IMG/VR virus record: IMGVR_UViG_3300034032_000034
Location: 1 to 43,162 of that record
Strand: one strand, 5' to 3'
DNA: 43,162 nucleotides
Origin: a virus
Lineage: Duplodnaviria; Caudoviricetes
Shown here: piece after piece, positions 35,504-43,162 of the stretch
How the letters are laid out: each line of letters opens with the position of its first letter
Numbering within the stretch: the first letter of the stretch is position 1
Notes under the pieces: generated by a model
What the model was told of the DNA's origin: nothing
The model's database searches: none
Seen by the model: only the letters and a program-made list of their open reading frames with translations
Program-made: the position numbers and the translations under genes

Positions 35504-35738
35504 AGGCACCGTCGCGGCCGACGAGCTGCGCCTGCTGATCGAGCGCATCGAGCGGCTCGAGGAGGAAAAAAAGGCGATCGCCGACGACGTCAAGGACGTC
35601 TTCGGAGAGGCCAAATCGCGCGGCTACGACGCCAAGGCGATGCGCAAGATCATCCAGATCCGCCGCAAGAAGAAGGAAGAGTATCAGGAAGAGGAAGCGA
35701 TCCTCGACACCTACATGGCCGCGTTGGGGATGAACTGA
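35496..35738 (+). CDS. gapR: GapR (DUF2312/UPF0335) nucleoid-associated protein homologue
   Basis: [41 protein letters not shown]...[14 protein letters not shown]; GGAGG RBS. Confidence 0.93.
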   Translation: MAEGTVAADELRLLIERIERLEEEKKAIADDVKDVFGEAKSRGYDAKAMRKIIQIRRKKKEEYQEEEAILDTYMAALGMN

Positions 35739-35739
35739 C

Positions 35740-36018
35740 ATGTCCCAAAGTACTACTTTGGGCCAGGTAGGGCGCGGCTTCACGGCCAACGGCCGCGAGG
35801 TTCGGCTCGGCAGTGTGCAGCGTGTTGCGCTCGAGGAGGCGGCGCGCGAGCCACGTCGGGCCGGACCAGGCAGCCCGATCTTCCGCCGCCTGACCGAGCT
35901 CGGCTTCGTCACCAGCGCCCAGCACGTCAGTGCCCGCACCGGACGCCCCACGAACGATCGGCTCTACTCGATCAGTGAGCTGGGCAAGCTCTACCTCGTC
36001 ATTGGGCGGGACCGCTGA
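35740..36018 (+). CDS. Hypothetical protein, winged-helix-like
   Basis: FRRLTELGFV...YSISELGK. Confidence 0.55.
   Translation: MSQSTTLGQVGRGFTANGREVRLGSVQRVALEEAAREPRRAGPGSPIFRRLTELGFVTSAQHVSARTGRPTNDRLYSISELGKLYLVIGRDR
35744..35762. promoter_or_regulatory. AAGT-N3-ACTT hairpin, copy 6
   Basis: CCCAAAGT-ACT-ACTTTGGG (compensatory G-C to A-T change). Confidence 0.75.
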
Positions 36019-36641
36019 TGGGTCGCCAGCTTCCTCTCGACGGAACCAGCTGCAGCGGGTGCGGGCATGCTTTGCGTCGCAACCCGAACCGCAAGAGCGA
36101 TCTTTGCCAGCCCTGCGCGGCGCGGCGGTGCGCCCAGGATCCGGCGCGGCGGCGTGTTGCCGCGGGCAGCATGAAGGCTCGGTTCAGCGATCCAATCTAC
36201 GTTGCCGCGCATAGCCAGCGCACGGCCGCTGGGAAGCGTCGGCGCTTGGCCTCGGACAGCGGCTACCGGGCAGAACTGTGCGCCACTGTTGCCGCGCTGC
36301 GTGCTCGAAAGGTGGCGGCGTTCCACGCCTGGTGTCCGGTTGAATATCGAGAAGAGTACCGGCGGCTGCGGCTGAAGAAGCTCACCGCCCGAGAGGCGAA
36401 GAAGCTCATCCTTGATCTGATCGCGGCCGACGCCGCCCGCTACCGGCGAACCGGCGAGCTGCCACAGGCAAAGCGCGCCGCGATGACCGCCGCCATACCT
36501 CCGGGGCCGGGCTCTCACCCGGCCCCGGAGCCCGCTCCCTCTCCGTCGTGCTGCGTGCACGGCGTGGAGCGGCTCTCGCCGCCCGCCGGAAACGGCGCTC
36601 GGCAGCCCCCTACAGGCCACCGGAGACTCGACGATGCATAG
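36018..36641 (+). CDS. Cys-containing basic hypothetical protein
   Basis: CSGC...CQPC; WCPVEYREEYRRL. Confidence 0.6.
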   Translation: MGRQLPLDGTSCSGCGHALRRNPNRKSDLCQPCAARRCAQDPARRRVAAGSMKARFSDPIYVAAHSQRTAAGKRRRLASDSGYRAELCATVAALRARKVAAFHAWCPVEYREEYRRLRLKKLTAREAKKLILDLIAADAARYRRTGELPQAKRAAMTAAIPPGPGSHPAPEPAPSPSCCVHGVERLSPPAGNGARQPPTGHRRLDDA

Positions 36642-38376
36642 CACCGCGCCCCTAGCCGCGCTCTACGTTTCTGCGCTCAACGTCCGCAAAACCGACCGCG
36701 CGCTCGACATCGAGCCGCTTGCCGACAACATTGCCGCCCACGGCCTGATCGAGCCGCTCGTCGTCGTCGACGAAGGCAAGGGGCACGGCGCCCTTGGCGT
36801 CATCGCCGGCGGCCGCCGCTACCTCGCCCTGCAGCTGCTCGCCAACGGCGGCGAATGGCCGGTCGGCAAGCTCGACGTGATGGCCATCCCCGTCTCGATC
36901 CGCGGCCTGGACGAGGCGCGCGAGATCAGCCTGTCCGAGAACGTCCACAGCGTCGTCATGAATCCGGTCGACGAGCTGGAGGCCTATGCCGCCATCATCG
37001 CCGATTATGCGGCGGGCGGCGAGGCCGACGAGGAGGCGCGGATCGCGCGCTGCGCCCGTCACTTCGGCAAGACCGAGCGCTACGTCGAGCAGCGCCTGCG
37101 CCTGGCGGCTCTCGCGCCCGAGATCCGCGACGCGCTGCGCGCCGGCACGATCGGCCTCGATGTCGCCAAGGCTTATGCAACGGTGGCCGACCCCGAGCTT
37201 CAGCGCCAGGTCTTCGCAGGCCAGGAGGCGCAGCGCGGCCACAGCGTGTCCGCGATCCGCCGGGCCATGGCGGGCCGGACCTATCGCACCACCGATCGCT
37301 GGGTGGTCTATGCGGGCCTTGACGATTACGTTGCCGCCGGCGGTCGGCTCGACCGCGACCTGTTCATGGGCGTCGAGCAGGGCAGCCTCGTCCTCGACAC
37401 TGCGATCATCGACCGACTCTGCACCGAGAAGGGCGATGCCGAGGCGCAGCGCTGCGCTCCGGAATCGGGCTTCGGCGCCGGCATCCTCAGAGGCTGGGGC
37501 GACGCAAGCTGCATGTGGCCGCGCACGCCCCCGGGATGCGAGCGTGTCTACGCTCTTTCCGACCTCACGCCCGAGGAGCGCGCCGCCTCGACCGTGCTGT
37601 GCGCGATCACGCCCGACGGCAAAAGGGTCAAAGCGACCGACGAAGGCTTCCGCCCGATCCGACAGCTGCAGGAATCCAACGCAGCGTCGGCGTCGGCCGC
37701 CGCCGCCAGCGGCTTCCTGCCGCTGCGCACCGGCGCCACGGCCGCTGCGACGCCCGCCAAGGCGGAAAGCGAGATCGAGCGCCTGGCACGGATCCGCCGC
37801 GCCAAGATCGAGGCCGCCGCGCTGCGCCTGGCCTTTCCACGCTTTGAAGGCACGCCGCTCGATGGCCGCGCCTATTGGGCGCCGGCCGAGGTCTTCGACG
37901 ATCCCCGCGGCACCCTGCCGGCCGTCCAGGAGGACGAAGACCATTACGCCGTCGCCGTCTACGTGCGCATCCCCAAGGCCGACGTCCACCGCGCGATGGA
38001 CGATGCCGAAGCCCAGGTCGACGGCCTGCCGCCGAAGCGGCGCTCGACCGAGGACTGGACGGAGGAGACGCCGCCCGAGGCGCTGACCGCGCCCGAGCTC
38101 GCCGACATGATCGACAAGCGCTTCGCGGTAGTCAGCTACGAGGACGACTATGACGGCGGCCGCGCTGCGGAAAGGTTCGCGCTCGACCTGATCGCCGAGC
38201 TGCAGCGCGATCACGGCGCCCGCTACCGAAGCACCGGCCACACCGACGTGCTCACCCTGGCGGGCATCACCTGCTCCTGCACCGCCGGGCGGCGCGCTCT
38301 CCTGAGGGCATGGGCAAGGAAGGCCCGCGAGGCAGATACAGCCGCAGCGCCGGCCGAGCTGGAGACGGCATTGTGA
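36634..38376 (+). CDS. ParB/Srx-family protein
   Basis: NVRKT...LADNIAAHGLIEPLVV...AGGRRYLAL...ISLSEN...HFG...VEQRLRLA. Confidence 0.88.
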   Translation: MHSTAPLAALYVSALNVRKTDRALDIEPLADNIAAHGLIEPLVVVDEGKGHGALGVIAGGRRYLALQLLANGGEWPVGKLDVMAIPVSIRGLDEAREISLSENVHSVVMNPVDELEAYAAIIADYAAGGEADEEARIARCARHFGKTERYVEQRLRLAALAPEIRDALRAGTIGLDVAKAYATVADPELQRQVFAGQEAQRGHSVSAIRRAMAGRTYRTTDRWVVYAGLDDYVAAGGRLDRDLFMGVEQGSLVLDTAIIDRLCTEKGDAEAQRCAPESGFGAGILRGWGDASCMWPRTPPGCERVYALSDLTPEERAASTVLCAITPDGKRVKATDEGFRPIRQLQESNAASASAAAASGFLPLRTGATAAATPAKAESEIERLARIRRAKIEAAALRLAFPRFEGTPLDGRAYWAPAEVFDDPRGTLPAVQEDEDHYAVAVYVRIPKADVHRAMDDAEAQVDGLPPKRRSTEDWTEETPPEALTAPELADMIDKRFAVVSYEDDYDGGRAAERFALDLIAELQRDHGARYRSTGHTDVLTLAGITCSCTAGRRALLRAWARKAREADTAAAPAELETAL

Positions 38377-39686
38377 TGGCCAGTCACGCAGCCTTCGTGC
38401 CTTCTTTCCCCGCCGCCCCGCGTCGCCTCGGAAACAACGGCCGCTGGCCGCAATGGACGGCGGAGGAGGATGCGCGCCTTCGCACCGCCTACGAAGCCGG
38501 CGAGCCGCTGGACGAAGTCGCCGCCGAGCTGGAGCGCCCGATCAAGGGCGTCCGATCCCGCGCCCTCGCGATCGGCGTGGCGGGCAAGCACGCAAAGGGG
38601 CGCGGCGGGTTCGCTATCGAGCGGGAGTGGACGGCGATGGAAGACGAGCGGATCCGTGAGGCCTACGGCAAGGTGCCGACTGCCGCGCTCGCCCTTGAGC
38701 TGAGCCGGCCGCAGGGCGGCGTGTACCAGCGGGCCTGGCGTCTCGGCATCAAGCACGGCTCCCGCGAAGTTTGGAGCCGAGACGAGCGGGAGGCGCTCCG
38801 GATCGCGCACGAGCGGGGGATAGCGCTTAGCGACGCCGTGATCGCCTTGGGGCGGAACTACCAGGCCGTCGCCAAGATCGCGCAGAAGAGAGGCTTCCGG
38901 TTTGGCACCCGCCCGAGCCTTCTCGTACCCCCCACCCTTGCGGACCTTCTCGCCCTTGAGGACACGGCCGTGCCTCTTCCTCCGGTTCGAGCAGGCTCAC
39001 CCTATCGCCTCGACGGCGAGGGACGGCCGAGGGCTGTACGGCAGCCGGAGCTATGGCCGGCCGAGAAGCAGGATCGGTTCCTGGAGGCGCTGGAGCAGAC
39101 CGGCTCGATCGAGGCCTCGCTTGCCGCAGTTGGGCTGAAGCCGATCTCGCGCAAGGCCGCCTATCGGCAGAAGCACCGCAACCCCGACTTCTCCACACGC
39201 TGGGATGCGGCGCTGAAGGCGTCGCCTTACCGGCCAGGCCCGAAACCGCGGCCAAAGGCGCCGGCGGCGCCACGTGTCCCGGCCACGCCAAAGCCCACGA
39301 CCGCGCGCCGCCGCCCTGACACGCCCGGGAGGCGGCCCGTCGAGGCTGCCCGCCCGGCGGCCCAGCCGGCACCGGCGCCTGCAGCGGCGCTTCGGCCCAC
39401 TCCGGCGCCGGCGCAGCGCACGCCTGCCGACCGCCTACAGCTGATCCGCGAGATCGGCCAGCGCCTGCAGAGTCCAGCGCCGGCGGTACGTCCGGGCGCC
39501 TCCTGGGTCGAGAACCGCATCGGCCAGGTCGAGCGCGCCAAGGCGTTCCTGCGCGAAAAGGGCTGCCGGATCCGCAGCGCCTCCGACGATCGCTTCACCT
39601 ACTACGTCACCGGCCTCGCTGGCGAATATACCGGCGCGCAGCTGGTCGAGATCGCAGCGCACCGCGGCATGGAGCTGCCGGCATGA
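38376..39686 (+). CDS. Protein with tandem Myb/GcrA-N-like HTH repeats
   Basis: WTAEEDARL, WTAMEDERI, WSRDEREAL and WPAEKQDRFL repeats. Confidence 0.7.
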   Translation: MASHAAFVPSFPAAPRRLGNNGRWPQWTAEEDARLRTAYEAGEPLDEVAAELERPIKGVRSRALAIGVAGKHAKGRGGFAIEREWTAMEDERIREAYGKVPTAALALELSRPQGGVYQRAWRLGIKHGSREVWSRDEREALRIAHERGIALSDAVIALGRNYQAVAKIAQKRGFRFGTRPSLLVPPTLADLLALEDTAVPLPPVRAGSPYRLDGEGRPRAVRQPELWPAEKQDRFLEALEQTGSIEASLAAVGLKPISRKAAYRQKHRNPDFSTRWDAALKASPYRPGPKPRPKAPAAPRVPATPKPTTARRRPDTPGRRPVEAARPAAQPAPAPAAALRPTPAPAQRTPADRLQLIREIGQRLQSPAPAVRPGASWVENRIGQVERAKAFLREKGCRIRSASDDRFTYYVTGLAGEYTGAQLVEIAAHRGMELPA

Positions 39687-40081
39687 TTGCCCTCGCCCCT
39701 GCTCCCCGCGTCTCGATCGACGCGATCAAGGCCGTCGTTGCCGCCGAGTGGTGGGTCCGGGTGCGCGACCTCGAAAGCGACCGCCGCGACCGGTCCGTGT
39801 CGCGGCCGCGCCAGGTGGCCTTCTATCTCGCCAAGGACCTCACCCGCTGCTCGCTGCCCCATATCGGCCGCCACTTCGGCTTCCGCGACCACACCACCGT
39901 CATGCACGGCATTCGCCGGATCGGCGCGCTGCTGCAGAGCGACGACGATCTCGCCGCCGCCGTCGCCCGCCTGCGCGCCCAGCTCGCCCCCGAGCCGCCG
40001 CCTCCGCCCGAGCCGCCGCACGAAGCCCAGCCCGCCTTCTTCCACGGTCCCCTGTTCGACGTCGGGCGGGTGGCGGCATGA
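39683..40081 (+). CDS. Stand-alone DnaA C-terminal (domain IV) protein
   Basis: RRDRSVSRPRQVAFYLAKDLTRCSLPHIGRHFGFRDHTTVMHG. Confidence 0.9.
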   Translation: MIALAPAPRVSIDAIKAVVAAEWWVRVRDLESDRRDRSVSRPRQVAFYLAKDLTRCSLPHIGRHFGFRDHTTVMHGIRRIGALLQSDDDLAAAVARLRAQLAPEPPPPPEPPHEAQPAFFHGPLFDVGRVAA

Positions 40082-40359
40082 GGGGTTCGTCTGCATCGGG
40101 GATGCAGCCGCCCGAGCTCGCCACCTTGCTCGTGTCGGTGCCTGCGACCGAAAGATTCATGCTTATGCGCACCTCGTCCGGATTCGAGGAGGCGCATCGC
40201 TACGCCGCCAAGGTTGGCCGGCAGGTCTGGTACGCCTTCGGACCGACCGCTGAAGAAGCAATGGTCGAGGCGGCCACGAACTTCGCCGCCGGCCTCGACA
40301 ACGGCGACGCTCCCGAGGCGAACCGCCAGCTGCAGCTAAGGGATTTGGTCGATGGCTAA
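40078..40359 (+). CDS. Hypothetical protein
   Basis: ATGA-coupled 93-aa ORF. Confidence 0.5.
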   Translation: MRGSSASGMQPPELATLLVSVPATERFMLMRTSSGFEEAHRYAAKVGRQVWYAFGPTAEEAMVEAATNFAAGLDNGDAPEANRQLQLRDLVDG

Positions 40360-40975
40360 ACCCGAGATCGAGTTCGTTCACCCGGTCGCCTGGCCGGCGG
40401 GGCGGCCCCGCACCCAGCCGGATCAGCGGAAGGACGCGCTCTGGCGGGACGCAGGCAAGCGCATCACGTTCGATGTCGCTGTTAAGCGGCTGCGCGACCA
40501 GATCGACGCGATCACCCCCACCGGCCGCAATTGGCGGGTGCTCGAGCAGACGCTCTCGACCAACTACGACCTGCGCGCCGATGGCCGGCCGCGGCGCGAT
40601 CGCGGCGCTCCGAGCGATCCGGCCGTCGCCTTCTTCTTCGAGCTTGACGGCCAGCCCCACGTCCTCGCCTGCGACCGCTGGTCGAGCGTCGCCGACAACA
40701 TCGCGGCGATCGCCGCCCACATCGAGGCGCTGCGCGGTCAGGAGCGCTGGGGCGTGGCCGACATGAAGCAGGCCTTCGCCGGCCACGTGGCACTGCCGGC
40801 GCCGGAGCAATGGTGTCAGGTGCTCGGCCTCAAGCCCGGTGCGACGGCCGCCGAGATCAACGCCGCCTGGCGCGAGCGGGCGAACACCGCGCACCCCGAC
40901 AAGCCGGGCGGCTCCGACGCCGCCATGGCCCGCCTCAACGCCGCCCGCGATGACGGTCTGAGGGCGATGAAGTGA
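40352..40975 (+). CDS. Phage J-domain (DnaJ-like) protein
   Basis: C-terminal VLGL...EINAAWR....HPDKPGGS...LNAA. Confidence 0.85.
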   Translation: MAKPEIEFVHPVAWPAGRPRTQPDQRKDALWRDAGKRITFDVAVKRLRDQIDAITPTGRNWRVLEQTLSTNYDLRADGRPRRDRGAPSDPAVAFFFELDGQPHVLACDRWSSVADNIAAIAAHIEALRGQERWGVADMKQAFAGHVALPAPEQWCQVLGLKPGATAAEINAAWRERANTAHPDKPGGSDAAMARLNAARDDGLRAMK

Positions 40976-41259
40976 CCCCGCTCGAGCAAAGCATCGTCGA
41001 CGCCGTCGCCCGCGTGACGAAGGAAGGGCTGCAGATCAGGGCCATCTACCTGCGCCCGGACGAGATCGACGAACTCGGCGGACGCGAGGAGCTCGGCGGC
41101 CTGCCGCTCCGGCCGATCCGCGGCAAGGGCAGCGCCTGCATCTACACCCGCCACGGCGTCCGCCGCTCGATCGCGACGCCCCGCCGCAAGCCCGCGCCGG
41201 CGCCAAAGTCCCGCCGCTCCTCCACCCCGGTTCCAGCTCCGATGGAGCCGAACCCATGA
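40972..41259 (+). CDS. Hypothetical protein
   Basis: GTGA/ATGA-coupled. Confidence 0.55.
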   Translation: MTPLEQSIVDAVARVTKEGLQIRAIYLRPDEIDELGGREELGGLPLRPIRGKGSACIYTRHGVRRSIATPRRKPAPAPKSRRSSTPVPAPMEPNP

Positions 41260-41738
41260 GCAAGGGCCCCGGACGCACCATCAGCGACACGCTTGCGAAC
41301 GTCGCGGCGCGGCTCCGCAGCACGCACCAGGGCGAGCGGGATTCGGCCCGCAGCCTCCTGCTCATGATGTGCAAGAAGTACAACCGCGATCCCCGAGACT
41401 ATGGCGTAGAGCCTCTGACCGAACCCGAGTGGGACGAGAAGCTGTTCGCCAAGACCTGGCGCTACGAACGCGCCAAGCTGCTGCAACGGCTTGCCCACCA
41501 GGGTGACGCTGACGCGGAGACAGCACCGGATCCCGCGGCCGTTCGATACGCTGCACGCCTGCGTCGCTTCGAAGCAGCGCGGATCATGCACTGGCTGCGA
41601 CACCGGGTGAGGGTGGAAACCGGCGACGGCGGCGGCTGCGCCATTATGATTCCGGGCTACGAGGACGTCCCGCACCAGGATTACTGCGAGTCGCCCGTCT
41701 GCCCGCATCAGGGCCGACCCACGAGGCAGGCCGCATGA
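41256..41738 (+). CDS. Hypothetical protein
   Basis: Coupled 160-aa ORF. Confidence 0.55.
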   Translation: MSKGPGRTISDTLANVAARLRSTHQGERDSARSLLLMMCKKYNRDPRDYGVEPLTEPEWDEKLFAKTWRYERAKLLQRLAHQGDADAETAPDPAAVRYAARLRRFEAARIMHWLRHRVRVETGDGGGCAIMIPGYEDVPHQDYCESPVCPHQGRPTRQAA

Positions 41739-41857
41739 GCAGCGACTTCTTCCTGCTCCCCCGCTCCGAACGCGCCGCGCTGAATCTCGCCGCCCGCGAA
41801 GCCGAGGTGGACCACGGCCTGCCCTCTCCAACCCAGCACCACGGAAACCAGCATTGA
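41735..41857 (+). CDS. 40-aa hypothetical peptide
   Basis: Fills the gap with ATGA and TGATG coupling. Confidence 0.4.
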   Translation: MSSDFFLLPRSERAALNLAAREAEVDHGLPSPTQHHGNQH

Positions 41858-42171
41858 TGACCGCCCAGCCGCATGCCGACCCGTCTGGTCCGCCTGCCCT
41901 CGCCGGCAGCGGCGACGTTCGCAGCCGCAACCTCGCCCGACGCGGCGAAGTGCAGGCGGTGCTCGACGATCCGTATCTGACCCGCGCCCAGGTGGAGGCC
42001 GAGACCGGCTTCAGCCGCGCCACCCTGTTCCGCCGGATCAAGAGCGGCACGTTCCCGCCCGGCAAGGACGTCGGCAACGGCCAGCGCCGCTGGCCGCGGT
42101 GCCGAATCGAGGCGTGGAAAAGCAAGGGCGCCGCCTGGCGCGAAGCCCTTCCGGCCGACCACCACCTCTAA
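41857..42171 (+). CDS. AlpA-family regulator / recombination directionality factor
   Basis: YLTRAQVEAETGFSRATLFRRIKSGTFPP...W....IEAW, next to attR. Confidence 0.88.
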   Translation: MTAQPHADPSGPPALAGSGDVRSRNLARRGEVQAVLDDPYLTRAQVEAETGFSRATLFRRIKSGTFPPGKDVGNGQRRWPRCRIEAWKSKGAAWREALPADHHL

Positions 42172-42200
42172 CCCACCCGCCACCGAGCGGCCCCTGGGGA

Positions 42201-42219
42201 GGGGCACGCACGGGGGCAC
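42201..42219 (+). promoter_or_regulatory. Putative integrase arm-type sites
   Basis: GGGGCAC x2, 12 bp apart. Confidence 0.5.
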
Positions 42220-42272
42220 CGCCATCACCACCAAACCAAAACACAACGGTAAGTCAGGGAGTTAAGCATGCA

Positions 42273-42296
42273 GTTCGAGAGGGTCCCTGGGCACCA
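42273..42296 (+). repeat. attR: remnant of a tRNA-Leu-like 3' end
   Basis: GTTCGAG-N6-CCTGGGCACCA keeps tRNA T-loop-to-CCA spacing. Confidence 0.7.
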
Positions 42297-42343
42297 CTCC
42301 TCCACAAACCCGCGGAACTTCGGAAAAAAGCCGGCTTTTCTTC

Positions 42344-43162
42344 TCACGCCCGATGCGCGGAGAGGTGATGCAGCACGATGCCCGATGTGGTCGCGACGTT
42401 GAGCGAGTCAAAGCCCGAGGCCATCGCAATCCGCACGCTCCTTGTGCGGCCGATCAGCTCGGGCGGCAGACCCGGGCCCTCCGCCCCAAGGAGTAAGGCA
42501 TTGCGCGCGCCTGGACGCCAGTTGGCCAGCAACGTCTCGCCCGACGGGCTTAGCGCGAAGCTTGCGAAGCCATGGCGTTCGAGCAGGGCCAGCGGGTCCT
42601 CCCCCCGCGCCAGCCGGGCGAAGGGCACGAGCAGCGAGGCTCCAACCGAGACGCGGATCGCCTTTCGGTACAGCGGGTCGCAGCAATCCGCGTCGAGCAG
42701 CACCGCCTTTGCGCCAAATGCGGCGGCGTTGCGGAAGATGCCGCCCATGTTGTCGTGATTGGCGATCCCCGACACGAACAGCACGTCCGCCCCGCTTGCG
42801 TCCTCGCCGGCGATGCCGCCGAGCAGCGAGTCCGCGCTTGGGCTCTCAACACGACGGCCGATCGCCAGGATGCCCCGGTGCATCGGAAAGCCGGCGACCC
42901 CGTCGATCACCGGCTGCTCGGCGGCGAACACCGGCACATCCTCGGGCAGCCCGGACAACAGCGGCGCGAGCGCGGCCACCCGCTTGGCGGCGATCAGGAG
43001 CGACACGGGCCAATGGGCGCCCGAAGCCACCAGCTTCTCCACCACCACCCGTCCCTCGGCGACGAACAATCCTTGCCGCCCGACCAGGTCGCGCTCGCGG
43101 ATGTCGCGATACGCTTCGATGCGCGGGTCGTCGGGATCGGTGATGGAGACGAGGCTGGGCAT
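42344..43162 (-). CDS. TrmH/SpoU-family RNA methyltransferase (host gene)
   Basis: NHDNMGGIFRNAAAFG, LGAEGPGL and GFDSLNVAT SPOUT motifs. Confidence 0.93.
   Translation of the reverse strand: MPSLVSITDPDDPRIEAYRDIRERDLVGRQGLFVAEGRVVVEKLVASGAHWPVSLLIAAKRVAALAPLLSGLPEDVPVFAAEQPVIDGVAGFPMHRGILAIGRRVESPSADSLLGGIAGEDASGADVLFVSGIANHDNMGGIFRNAAAFGAKAVLLDADCCDPLYRKAIRVSVGASLLVPFARLARGEDPLALLERHGFASFALSPSGETLLANWRPGARNALLLGAEGPGLPPELIGRTRSVRIAMASGFDSLNVATTSGIVLHHLSAHRA

Larger units (their letters stand above)
1..42296. mobile_element. Prophage with HK97-type head and long non-contractile tail, probably integrated at a tRNA-Leu 3' end; attL lies left of the window
   Basis: Contiguous integrase, lysis, tail, head, packaging, immunity and early modules, ending in an AlpA-type gene and a tRNA-like 3' remnant before a host gene. 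Confidence 0.93.

Noticed and set aside
35163-35738. 191-aa N-terminally extended GapR
   Set aside because: A good RBS and ATG at 35496 give a canonical 80-aa GapR; the extension looks non-coding in that frame, although a frameshifted gene at 35163-35503 cannot be excluded.
4770-42270. CtrA boxes (TTAA-N7-TTAA)
   Set aside because: Only isolated TTAA half-sites noticed (near 4777, 17484, 31352, 42262); no full site seen by eye.
42260-42296. Complete tRNA gene
   Set aside because: Only a 3' remnant is present; no D arm, anticodon arm or paired T-stem.
42326-42339. AAAAGCCGGCTTTT as an intrinsic terminator
   Set aside because: A loop-less palindrome with a very short possible stem; too weak to call.

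Overview
This window is an apparently intact ~42 kb temperate siphophage-type prophage in a high-GC alphaproteobacterium (Sphingomonadaceae-like by gene content; inference). It runs from a P4-like integrase at position 1 to a tRNA-Leu-like attR remnant at ~42273-42296, followed by a host TrmH-family methyltransferase. Left to right: integrase 1 and a plasmid-type HTH Rep gene (+); a structured putative origin; a second, convergent P4-like integrase (-); the lysis cassette; tail genes (repeat-built fibre, tape measure protein with an M15-like peptidase, G/GT chaperones with a -1 frameshift); an HK97-type head/packaging module; a Mu Gam-like gene; regulators; exported-protein morons; a Mu-like repressor/gp16 switch; and a rightward early operon with homologues of host chromosome/cell-cycle proteins (GapR, ParB, GcrA-like HTH repeats, DnaA domain IV, J-domain) ending in an AlpA-type excisionase. 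The most notable observations are: six dispersed, covarying AAGT-N3-ACTT hairpins; a second covarying palindrome family next to a perfect alpha-type LexA box; a rep gene that joins the early operon only after excision; two intact integrases; and a NepR-like gene inside the lysis cassette. All calls come from reading motifs by eye; no database searches were run.
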